Of a stretch of 64,000 nt of DNA, positions 53,487 to 61,918 are shown piece by piece; position 1 is the stretch's first letter, and each line of letters begins with the position of its first letter. The stretch is from an uncultured Actinomycetes bacterium (lineage in GTDB: Bacteria; Actinomycetota; Thermoleophilia; RBG-16-64-13). The DNA is taken from contig CAWJDT010000001.1 of assembly GCA_963841735.1 (NCBI GenBank), positions 1,472,001-1,536,000 of the forward strand, given 5' to 3'. The notes beneath the pieces were generated by a model. It was not told the origin of the DNA, made no database searches, and saw only the letters and a program-made list of their open reading frames with translations. The position numbers and the translations under genes were made by a program.

Positions 53487-53645
53487 AATCTTCCCTTGAA
53501 AGCAAAAGGCCCCGGCGCATTCGCCGAGACCCATCGCCGACCGAGAATCCCCAGTCCGTAGCCGGAGCATAGGTCGTGCCGTTGCGAGAGTCAACGCCTG
53601 GTTCGTGAGACTTTGGGTGCGTGTCGGCGCGCGCCCCGGTGCGCC

Positions 53646-54561
53646 TCACTCCAGCCCGAGCCCCGCCCGGATCCACCCGCCAGCCTCCCGCCCCCGCTCG
53701 TCCAGAGGCACCAGCTCCACCTCCGCTGCCGACGCTCGCTCCCACCCCCAGCTCCGCCGCCCGGCGAATCTGGTCCTGCTCGAAGACCGGCTTCTTCATC
53801 AGGCTCGACGCCCCGAACTCCCGCAGGAGCGCCACTCCCGCGGCATCCAGGGCCACCCGGTCGGCGCTCGCGAGCATGAGGCCCGGCTCGACCTCCGTCC
53901 CCTTGTCCGGTCCCCCGTCGACGAACGCCTTGGCCGCGTCCACGATCACGAAGTCCACGGGGTAGGAGGCGTTGATCTCGGCGATCATGAGCCGCTGGAA
54001 CGGAGAGCCATGGAGCTCATACATGTAATCGTAGAGACCGCCGGGCATCTTCTTGGCCACCAAGCCCACCGAGTTCTTGAGCGACATGGTGAAATGCCCC
54101 CCGAACCTGTGCGTCTTGAGGCAGCAGGTCTGGATGACGACGTCCGCCTCGAGCACCACCTTCGCCAGGTAGAAGCCCCTCAGCCAATGGGTGCCGCTCC
54201 GCTCGATGTGGACCCACCGCTCCTCGGGCTCCTCGTTCAGCACGACCACCTTGAAGCCCAGCTCCCCGGCGAGGGCGAAGATGCCCAGCTTCTCCAGGAC
54301 TTCGCGCGTATCGCCCATGCCGCTTCTCTCGGCCAGAGTGATCTCGCGCGCCCCGGCCTCCTTGAGGAGCTGGACGATGGCCCGGAGAGTGTCCGGGTGA
54401 GTGGAGGCCGGAAAGGCATCGGCGCTGTTGAAGTTGGCCTTGAGGGCCACGGTCTTGCCGGAGAGGTCGCCCAAGCCGCCATGCTCGAACAGGCTCCTGA
54501 CGGCCGCGTCTCTGTCCGAGGAGTCGATCAGAAAGACTGGGGAAGTGCCTTCGGGACTCAT
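53646..54561 (-). CDS. DUF362 domain protein (frameshift near 53733)
   Basis: VALKANFNS, STHP, AERSG, LKTHRFGGHFTMSLKNSVG, DRVALDA, QIRRAAELG; alternative frame ends ...GLGLE* at 53646. Confidence 0.85.
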
Positions 54562-54708
54562 GGGATCTACGCTCCCTTCTTGCCACCGTGCGACGCCGAC
54601 AGCCAGAGGCCGTTCTGTGAATGGTGGTACCCGGGGCGGTGGCCGGGTAGTCACCGGGGGGGGCACGGGCAGCGGGTCACCGCAGGAGGGACGGGCCTAG
54701 GGCAAATC

Positions 54709-54755
54709 CTGGTGCTGTTGGGACGGGGCGGTGACCGGGCGCCGGGGGTGAGTCT
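54709..54755 (+). repeat. Motif A copy 2
   Basis: CTGGTGCTGTTGGGACGGGGCGGTGACCGGGCGCCGGGGGTGAGTCT. Confidence 0.88.
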
Positions 54756-54873
54756 AGGCGCGGGGTGGGCGGGATACATATGAACGGCACCGTCTCGTCG
54801 TCATCATGTGGCATGTTCTTTGTCGAGAGTGTGGTGTGCACAGCAGGTGCGGCCGCGCCGGCCGACAAAACGC

Positions 54874-54921
54874 TTGCTATGACTGTCTGAAACGGTCATA
54901 ATGACCGTGTCACGTGGTCAT
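54874..54921 (+). promoter_or_regulatory. Promoter with two tandem palindromic operators
   Basis: TTGCTA-17 nt-CATAAT overlapped by ATGACT-N9-GGTCAT (54879-54899) and ATGACC-N9-GGTCAT (54901-54921). Confidence 0.8.
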
Positions 54922-54932
54922 CGGAGGGAGTT

Positions 54933-55544
54933 ATGTTCGACACGGGCGATACCATAAGGGAGGCTTTCTCCCTCCTCGGCGCCGCACTTGAGTCGCGCGA
55001 GTCCGGGCCCTACGAGATCGTGGTGGTCGGAGGCGCGGCATTGAGTGTCATCGGGGTTGGGGTCCGGGCCACGAAGGACATTGATGTCTTGGCACTGCGC
55101 AGTCATTCCCCAGGTTCACCAGCAACCGGACTCTTCAAGCACAAGCCGCTGCCCAGTGCGTTGCTGGAGGCAGCGGAGGCTGTCGAGCATGCGTTGGGCT
55201 TGGACCATGATTGGCTGAATGCAGGCCCGGCCGACTTGCTTGACCAGGGGATGCCCGAAGGCTTCGAGAGCCGGCTGACCTCGCAGCGCTACGGCTCGCA
55301 TCTCACCGTGTGGTTCCCGTCACGGGAGGATCTCATCTGTCTCAAGACCTACGCGGCGGCTGATACTGGCATCGGTCGTCACACTGAGGATCTGCGGGCT
55401 CTGGGGGCATCGTGCGATGAACTTCTGGTTGGGGCGCTCTGGGCTCGTTCCCAAGACCCCTCCGAGGCCTTTCGAGAGATGTTGACCGGTCTTCTGCGCC
55501 ACTTCAACTGTGACGAGGCCGCCAAGGAGATCGCAGGTGAATAG
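54933..55544 (+). CDS. DUF6036-like minimal nucleotidyltransferase (Pol-beta superfamily), putative toxin or antitoxin
   Basis: IVVVGGAAL...RATKDIDVL, DWLNAGP, DLICLKTYAA..D...RHTEDL. Confidence 0.78.
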   Translation: MFDTGDTIREAFSLLGAALESRESGPYEIVVVGGAALSVIGVGVRATKDIDVLALRSHSPGSPATGLFKHKPLPSALLEAAEAVEHALGLDHDWLNAGPADLLDQGMPEGFESRLTSQRYGSHLTVWFPSREDLICLKTYAAADTGIGRHTEDLRALGASCDELLVGALWARSQDPSEAFREMLTGLLRHFNCDEAAKEIAGE

Positions 55545-56553
55545 CATCACTTTGATTCAAGAGAATCTGCGTGACAGGGTACTTGATCTTGCGTGGCGGC
55601 AGTGGAGTTCCATAGGGCTCGCTGGGACGAGAGAGGTGTCTCGGACCCTCGTCGACCCCGAAGCACTGCTGGTTGCGTCAATGACTCTGGGGCGTCGCGA
55701 CGCGCGCCTGTTCGATGAGATCCTAGATTGGCTCGTCAAGAATGCATCGCTTCTGGACCTTGCGCGGCTGCGCAGAATCGCCCGCCGGGCTACCTGTGAG
55801 GAGCGAAGACTGCTGACTGCCGCGACGCACTATGCGGCAGAAAGCGGAGGCGCGGCCAACCTTGCCCGGCTTCTTGATGGCCTAGACGCTCAGGCCGGTG
55901 AGCGCGAGATAGGCGAAGAACCTTTGTTTCTGTCCGAGGGAGAACCTGGGAGAAGCTGGACTGAGCCTGATGCGGCATTTGCCGCCATGGGCTTCTTGCG
56001 TTCCCGGGTAGAGCTGCGGGGGATGTCCACGAAACCTCATTTCTCCAATCCTGCCTGCCTGCGTTTCAAGGCGCGTGCTCTCGCGGGTCAGGGGTCCCGG
56101 GCCGAAGTGCTCACCTACCTGCTCACCCACGACTGGACTCACGGCAGACTCATCGCCGAGAGGATCGCCTACGGACAGGCGCCGGTCGCGGCCTATCTCT
56201 CCTCCCTTCAAGAGGCAGGCTTGGCCGATCGCCGAGAAGAAGGTAAGAAGGCGCTGTACCGGCTGGCCGGGGGATTGCGGGCCGGCTTCCCCGACCTGCC
56301 GTTATTTGTAGACTGGGTCCAGCTTTGGTCCACGCTTGTGACCATACTGACGGATCTGGAGCATGCTGAGGCGCCCGAGCAAGTGGTATGGATGCGACTC
56401 GCCGAATCGCTAGAGAAGCACCGCTCCGGACTTCGAGCCGAAGGGTTTGAAGTAGAGGTCGGCGAGCTACGTGGTTGGGCTCGGCAGGGTCCGGAAGTCC
56501 TTGCGTCGGCTGTGGAAAGACTGACGGCCAAGGTGGCGGATCTTGCCGAGTAG
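55537..56553 (+). CDS. Hypothetical protein with C-terminal winged HTH, partner of the NTase
   Basis: GTG overlaps the NTase stop; WRQWSSIG, DPEALL, RLFDEILDWL; wHTH-like EVLTYLL...LIAERI...LSSLQEAGL...YRL. Confidence 0.7.
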   Translation: MNSITLIQENLRDRVLDLAWRQWSSIGLAGTREVSRTLVDPEALLVASMTLGRRDARLFDEILDWLVKNASLLDLARLRRIARRATCEERRLLTAATHYAAESGGAANLARLLDGLDAQAGEREIGEEPLFLSEGEPGRSWTEPDAAFAAMGFLRSRVELRGMSTKPHFSNPACLRFKARALAGQGSRAEVLTYLLTHDWTHGRLIAERIAYGQAPVAAYLSSLQEAGLADRREEGKKALYRLAGGLRAGFPDLPLFVDWVQLWSTLVTILTDLEHAEAPEQVVWMRLAESLEKHRSGLRAEGFEVEVGELRGWARQGPEVLASAVERLTAKVADLAE

Positions 56554-56615
56554 CAGCGTCGGGGTGCCGCCCTTCGCTTGATGCCGGCTTGGCGCCGGGT
56601 ACACCGCTTCGGTTT

Positions 56616-56759
56616 TCAAGGGGCCCGCGGATCGCGTCGACCGCACACGGAGTCTACGCCGAGCCGTCGCATGCGGCCCTAGGTCCTTGGTTTGACCTTG
56701 GCGCACTGCACGAGGCCTGTTCGCGATCCAGAAGGTCGATTGGAGGGTCGGAGCCTCAA
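56616..56759 (+). repeat. Motif B copy 2
   Basis: TCAAGGGGCCCGCGGATCGCGTCGACCGCACACGGAGTCTACGCCG...TCCAGAAGGTCGATTGGAGGGTCGGAGCCTCAA. Confidence 0.75.
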
Positions 56760-56787
56760 GGCCGCCAGACGGCGCGACCGCCCGAGA

Positions 56788-57160
56788 GGGTGCCGCTCCG
56801 CTCGATGTGGACCCACCGCTCCGCGGGCTCCTCGTTCAGCACGACCACCTTGAAGCCCAGCTCCCCGGCGAGGGCGAAGATGCCCAGCTTCTCCAGGACT
56901 TCGCGCGTATCGCCCATGCCGCTTCTTTCGGCCAGAGTGATCTCACGCGCCCCGGCCTCCTTGAGCAGCGTCACGATGGCCTGGAGACTGTCCGGGTGAG
57001 TGGAGGCCGGAAAGGCATCGGCGCTGTTGAAGTTGGCCTTGAGGGCCACGGTCTTCCCGGAGAGGCCGCCCAAGCCGGCCTTCTCGAACAGGCTCCTGAC
57101 GGCCGCGTCCCTGTCCGAGGAGTCGATCAGAAAGACCTGGGAAGTGCCTTCGGGACTCAT
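56788..57160 (-). pseudogene. 3'-truncated second copy of DUF362
   Basis: About the first 124 codons only; homology ends abruptly after HIERSGT. Confidence 0.88.
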
Positions 57161-57306
57161 GGGACCTCGCTCCCTTCATGCGACCGTGCGGCACCGGCGG
57201 CCAGAGGCCGTTCTGTGGATGGTGGTACCCGGTGCGGTGGCAGGGTAGTCACGGGGGCGAGGCGGCCGGCGGCCCGTCGCAGGGCGTACGGAGCCAAGGG
57301 CAAATC

Positions 57307-57353
57307 CTGGTGCTGTTGGGACGGGGCCGTGAGCGCGCGCCGGGGGTGAGTCT
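57307..57353 (+). repeat. Motif A copy 3
   Basis: CTGGTGCTGTTGGGACGGGGCCGTGAGCGCGCGCCGGGGGTGAGTCT. Confidence 0.88.
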
Positions 57354-57434
57354 TGGCGCCAGCCTCTCGGGAAACCACGAGGGAGCGCCTTCTCCCCTTC
57401 TCTAGGGCGCCGGTGGCGATTCGCCAGGCTGAGT

Positions 57435-57851
57435 TCAGTGAATCTCGTGAAGCGTTTCGCAGATCCGGTCTAGCGATGCGGATATCCTTGTTGGGGTGCA
57501 CTCGCAGGCCCAGAGCATGACCACGGTCCATCCGGCTGCTCTCAACCTGGCATCGTTGTCCCGGTCCCTCGCAATGTTCGCCGCGATCTTGGGCGCCCAG
57601 TAGTCCTCCCGAGATTTTGGAATGTGGCCGTCGTAGCACGTGTGCCCATGCCAGAAGCAGCCGCGGACCTGAACGGCCGTCTTGTACTTCGGGAAGACCA
57701 GATCAGGCTTTCCAGGAAGATCTGCGACGTGCAATCTGTATCTAAGACCCCTGGCAAAAAGACCTCGTCGGACAGCCATCTCCGGTACCGTGTCTTTGGA
57801 GCGTATCGCTCTCATTACCTCAGATCGCTTCTTCTGCGAGAAGACGTCCAT
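57435..57851 (-). CDS. vsr: Very-short-patch repair endonuclease
   Basis: MDVFS..KRSEVMRAIRSKDTVPE, LPGKPDLVF, GCFWHGH, YWAPKI..N..RD, GWTV..LW.CE. Confidence 0.92.
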   Translation of the reverse strand: MDVFSQKKRSEVMRAIRSKDTVPEMAVRRGLFARGLRYRLHVADLPGKPDLVFPKYKTAVQVRGCFWHGHTCYDGHIPKSREDYWAPKIAANIARDRDNDARLRAAGWTVVMLWACECTPTRISASLDRICETLHEIH

Positions 57852-57855
57852 GTGG

Positions 57856-59010
57856 CTAGAGCCCGAGGGCCCGCCGGATCGCGCAGGCGAGATGCCAGGC
57901 CAAACGGGGAGGGACGGCATCACTCACAAGACGGATTTGGGCACTCATGTTGCCTGTCAAGCGGTAGTGTTCCGGGAAGGACTGCAGACGCATGGCCTCA
58001 TAGATGCTGAGGCGTCGCTGGCCGCTGGGATGTACGTGCACTTCTCTGTGGCCGTATGCAACCGTCCAGCTTGGCCTATCCCAGGCGAGTGTTCGGAAGC
58101 TTCTACCCCACGCTTGACCTTCGACCAACGAATCTTTCGACGCGAATTTGGAGGACCTTGGCACCAGGCACCAGTGGTTTGGGTGAATCGGAAACGTTTC
58201 CGGGTCAAGGCCTGGGGCATTGAGGCGAGGCTCCGGCAGACCGCCGATTGCGTCGCGAACCGTACGGGTGGTGTGCTCTGGCTCAGGCCACTGGAAGTCC
58301 GCGGTGGGGTGCAACTCCTTATTGACCCCCACTATCAGGATTCTCGGTCTCTCCTGGGCGACCCCGTAGTCCGCGGCGTTCAGAAGCCTGTCTTTGACTT
58401 CGAAACCGGCGTCGGCGAACAATTCCTTGAAGCGCTCATATCGCGCGGCATGCTTCCTGCCTAAGAGCCCCGCGACGTTCTCAAAGACGAAGAACGAGAT
58501 CGGACGTCTTCGATTCAGCGCGGTCAGGAGTGCCGCGTAAGCTTCGGGCAGACTGTGTCGGGGATCGTCGTCGCGCTGATGAACATTTGAGACGCTGAAG
58601 CCTTGGCACGGAGGCCCGCCCAGGACGCCAACTGGCTCCATGCGGCGCCCTAGCAGCTCGTCCAGATCTTGCACAGCTAGGTCACTGATGTCTCGCCTCC
58701 ACGCCTTCGCTCCGGGATGGTTGAGAAGAAAAGTGTTGATCGCCTCTTGCTCAACGTCTAAGGCAAGTGCCGTGGAGAATCCTGCCTGTCGGAATCCCTC
58801 ATCCAGTCCGCCCGCGCCGCAAAACAGGCTGAGCACCTTCAGAGATCCGTCTGCATTCGCTACCCGTGGGAATGAATAATCTTGCGCGGCTCGAAGGAGC
58901 TCCATTCTTGCCCAAGCAGCAGTGGTGAGTCCGCGTGTTGCGGCGACTCCATCGAGAAGCTGCTTCTCCTCCTCGTCTGCGCGAATCATAATCTTGTGAT
59001 CTCTGGCCAC
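57856..59010 (-). CDS. dcm: C5 cytosine DNA methyltransferase with N-terminal ribbon-helix-helix-like extension
   Basis: Motif I LSLFCGAGG, IV GGPPCQGFS, VI FENV, VIII QERPR, IX/X RRLSIYEAMRLQSFP...AVPP. Confidence 0.92.
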   Translation of the reverse strand: MARDHKIMIRADEEEKQLLDGVAATRGLTTAAWARMELLRAAQDYSFPRVANADGSLKVLSLFCGAGGLDEGFRQAGFSTALALDVEQEAINTFLLNHPGAKAWRRDISDLAVQDLDELLGRRMEPVGVLGGPPCQGFSVSNVHQRDDDPRHSLPEAYAALLTALNRRRPISFFVFENVAGLLGRKHAARYERFKELFADAGFEVKDRLLNAADYGVAQERPRILIVGVNKELHPTADFQWPEPEHTTRTVRDAIGGLPEPRLNAPGLDPETFPIHPNHWCLVPRSSKFASKDSLVEGQAWGRSFRTLAWDRPSWTVAYGHREVHVHPSGQRRLSIYEAMRLQSFPEHYRLTGNMSAQIRLVSDAVPPRLAWHLACAIRRALGL

Positions 59011-59148
59011 CTTGGCTCGCTTTCAGGCTGGCGTATAGCATTGCTACCCGGCTCGCCATCACCATACAAGCCAGCTCAACACTGGTCAAGCGGTCTCCGC
59101 CGTAGTTTGATAGGGTGTTAGACACTCGGGTTGAGGGAAAGGCTAGCC

Positions 59149-59946
59149 ATGCAGGGGAAACACCCAGGCAGCGCCGCAGAGAGTATTCTTGCTGTCCTGC
59201 GAGACTACCCTGAGGGGCTGGACATACACCAGATCATGGACTTGTGCCCTGAAGAGGGGAACCAGGCTCATTTCACCCGGCGGCTCCGAGAGCTCTATCC
59301 CTTCCACAGAATAGCCCGGTCCCATGAAGGTCGTCGGTTTGTGTACCGGTACCTGGGGCCAAAAGCGGAGAATGAATGGGACCGGGGAGAGATCTCGGCC
59401 CGAGTCCGGGCGCAGGTTCTTCACCAGGCGGGCGGCAAGTGCCGGATGTGTGGCCGGAGTATTGCTGATGACGGCGTCAAGCTAGTTGTCGACCACAAGA
59501 TTCCGAGATCCTGGGGCGGGCTGGGCGTGGCCGATAATCTTTGGGGTATTTGTGAGGAGTGCAACGCCGGTAAGAAGAACTACTTTGCCAGCTATGACTC
59601 CCTCACAATGAAGACGGTGCTGGCCATACCGTCGGTTCACGAGCGGATTCTTCTGCTGTTGGCTCTCCAGCAAGGGGCTTGGGTAAGCAGCGATCTCATC
59701 GAGTTTGTTGCGAATTTCGACGACTGGCAACAAGACTGGCAGAAACGTCTGAGGGAACTACGCTATTTCGGGCTTGATATCGCTTCGAAGAGGCATAAGG
59801 TCGGAAAGCGTTTCGTGTCGATGTATAGGCTAGATGAGCTGGTTGACAAGCTCCCGCCAGATCTGTCTCATGCCGCTCGCGAGTATGAGCGTACTCGAGC
59901 GGCTATCAACGCACTGGGGGGAGCGGAGGATGGCGGGGCCGGATAG
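59149..59946 (+). CDS. HNH endonuclease flanked by two wHTH-like domains (putative cognate restriction enzyme)
   Basis: CRMCG...VDHKIP..WGG....NLWGICEECNAGK; repeated RRLREL / KRLRELR helices; divergent from dcm. Confidence 0.82.
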   Translation: MQGKHPGSAAESILAVLRDYPEGLDIHQIMDLCPEEGNQAHFTRRLRELYPFHRIARSHEGRRFVYRYLGPKAENEWDRGEISARVRAQVLHQAGGKCRMCGRSIADDGVKLVVDHKIPRSWGGLGVADNLWGICEECNAGKKNYFASYDSLTMKTVLAIPSVHERILLLLALQQGAWVSSDLIEFVANFDDWQQDWQKRLRELRYFGLDIASKRHKVGKRFVSMYRLDELVDKLPPDLSHAAREYERTRAAINALGGAEDGGAG

Positions 59947-60644
59947 GACCTCGGGCGGTCGCAGCCCTGCATCTGGCCCGACGGCCACGAGCGAAGGTTC
60001 GTGTCGGCTTACCAATCTGGCGAAGTTGTCAGGCAGAGAGAAACCCTCTACGCGCGTGGTTTCCGCGCGCGCGGGTGCGGGGCGCGATAGGGTTGGCCCT
60101 TGTGTGGAGCAACGCCAGAGTCGTCGAGCAATGACCATGGCGGCATTCTGGCTCCTCGGCTTGCTGAGTGGCCAATGTCGAGCAGAGCGGCGAATCTCTG
60201 CCTGGCCCGGGGAGGACAGGCATCAACTCAGATACTTCGACGCTCCTGAGTCACCGGGGAAACTTGGGCCCATCTACCATGCCCCTCTTGCGTAGCTCAC
60301 GGCCCCGATGATACAAAAGCGACAAGTCATGTTTGTGGGTGGTCATAAGCGGGTGGGGATCCGAGCGGGAGGCATATTGGGGGGATCGCGAGAAGGGAAG
60401 TCCAGCAGGGCTTTGGCCGATGTCGGCTGCTGCCATCAGCACCGCTGAGCGGCTCCGAGCCCGCAGGCCGAGCGGATGACAGCTCCGGACGGCTCCGAGA
60501 AGAGACGCAGACCCTTGTGCTGTCCCTTCTGGCAATGGTGGTAGCCTCGAACCATGCCGATTGCGCCATGCGGGATGGCTCAGGACTAGATTACTGGATG
60601 CCTAGCAGATGGTTGCCCAGTTGTCGTTCATAGGAAGGTTGTCC

Positions 60645-61901
60645 ATGCTGAACGAAGATGAGCCCCTCAGTGACTTGGCCGGATGGTCCGCGCTTACCGA
60701 ATTGGAGCGTGGGCAGTTGATGCAGCGTGTCGTAAGCCAGTTCGGTCAAACCAATGATCCCGCCGCCACCGCCGCGCTTGCGATCGCTCTGGCGGGCTCT
60801 GGAGACCATTGGCGCTGGCCCACCGAATGGGTAACGAGTGATGTGCCCTCGACTGGAGGGGCGGGCTCTCTAGTCACGCTGGTCTGCCCGCCCATCCTTG
60901 CCTCCTGCGGAGCCAAAGTACCGAAGCTAGGTGTCCCAGGTGCCACCGCGGGCGCCCTCGATGTTCTGGCCCTTCTCGGAGGCTACCGTGTTGAATTGAC
61001 CTATGGGGAAGCCAGGCTGGCGCTGGAGGACTCCGGCGTCGTAAACTGCGCAGGGACAGATGCACTCTGTCCCGCCGATCGGGACCTTTTCAGGTACAGG
61101 GTGCAGGTTGGTATGAAGTCATCCCCGTCTCTCGTGGCGGCTAGTCTTCTGTCTAAGAAGCTTGCCGTTGGATGTCTCTCCGCCGCCCTAGAGGTTCGCT
61201 GCGGCATGTCCGGCAATGTGGGGCATGGACTTTCGTCTTGCCTAGAGTTTGCAGACCTGTTTCGCTCCTCCGCCAGGCTTGTGGGAGTCAAATGCGGCTG
61301 CGTTATAACGCGGACTGACCCTCCCGCAACTCCGCTCTTTGGGAGACTCGAGAGTCTTCAAGGAGCCGTGAGTCTACTGCGGGGTGATACCACTGACGAG
61401 TGGAATTCGGCTCACGCTGACAATTGCCTGATGTGCTCTGCGGTTGCGCTGCTTGCCGCAGGTCTCGCAGATTCTCAGCGCGAAGCGAATCTGCGCGTGC
61501 GGGAGGCCTATGAATCCGGACGAGCGTACGACACGTTTCTGAGGAACTTGAGGATCCAAGGTTCATCCGAAAAGGAGCTTGGCGCATACCTCAATGCACC
61601 GGTCCGGCATGTTGAGATCGCCGCTTCTTGCGCTGGCTACGCGCATTACTCTGCGATTGTTCTTCGAGAGATGTTGACAAGGGCCAACGGAGTGCACGTC
61701 GATGCCTTCGGACTCCGGGCTGTTGTGATGCCAGATCAGTGGGTGGAGAATGGCGATATCCTGGCGCGGATGCGATATCGGCCGGAGGCATCCTCGACCG
61801 AGGTCGAATCGGCCGTCGACCGGCTCCGACGTTCAATGCTTGTCATGCCTGAGCCAGCCGGGGTCGAAGAAAAATATAGCGCCGTCGTGGTGCGGCCCTA
61901 G
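60645..61901 (+). CDS. Divergent thymidine/pyrimidine-nucleoside phosphorylase-like protein
   Basis: DVPSTGGAG, VPKLG, LCPADRDLFRYR, SLVAASLLSKKLAVG, LEVRCG, C-terminal VENGDILA domain; ATG after AGGAAGG (alternative start 60609). Confidence 0.8.
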   Translation: MLNEDEPLSDLAGWSALTELERGQLMQRVVSQFGQTNDPAATAALAIALAGSGDHWRWPTEWVTSDVPSTGGAGSLVTLVCPPILASCGAKVPKLGVPGATAGALDVLALLGGYRVELTYGEARLALEDSGVVNCAGTDALCPADRDLFRYRVQVGMKSSPSLVAASLLSKKLAVGCLSAALEVRCGMSGNVGHGLSSCLEFADLFRSSARLVGVKCGCVITRTDPPATPLFGRLESLQGAVSLLRGDTTDEWNSAHADNCLMCSAVALLAAGLADSQREANLRVREAYESGRAYDTFLRNLRIQGSSEKELGAYLNAPVRHVEIAASCAGYAHYSAIVLREMLTRANGVHVDAFGLRAVVMPDQWVENGDILARMRYRPEASSTEVESAVDRLRRSMLVMPEPAGVEEKYSAVVVRP

Positions 61902-61918
61902 GATAGGGGGTACGGGTA

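Larger units (their letters stand above)
54189..57358. repeat. ~570-bp diverged direct repeat (54189-54760 vs 56788-57358): DUF362 5' part, its upstream region and motif A
   Basis: Nearly identical peptides MSPEGTS...HIERSGT plus alignable upstream DNA; offset about 2.6 kb. Confidence 0.92.

Noticed and set aside
53419-53733. Gly/Arg-rich C-terminal extension of DUF362 (and its N-terminal extension to 54666)
   Set aside because: The C-terminal extension is a frameshift artefact, since the alternative frame gives a normal end at 53646; the start at 54561 matches the second copy.
51585-57353. Motif A copies as CRISPR repeats, attC or dif sites
   Set aside because: Spacing is 2.6-3.1 kb, there are no cas genes, no attC-type inverted structure and no XerC/D consensus.
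54189-57358. 570-bp direct repeat as an IS or composite transposon
   Set aside because: The repeat encodes the DUF362 N-terminus, not a transposase, and has no terminal inverted repeats. The many substitutions also argue against a simple same-sequence assembly duplication.
59834-60569. Short ORFs in the gap after the HNH gene
   Set aside because: No RBS or recognisable motif, and low-complexity Arg/Ser/Pro composition.
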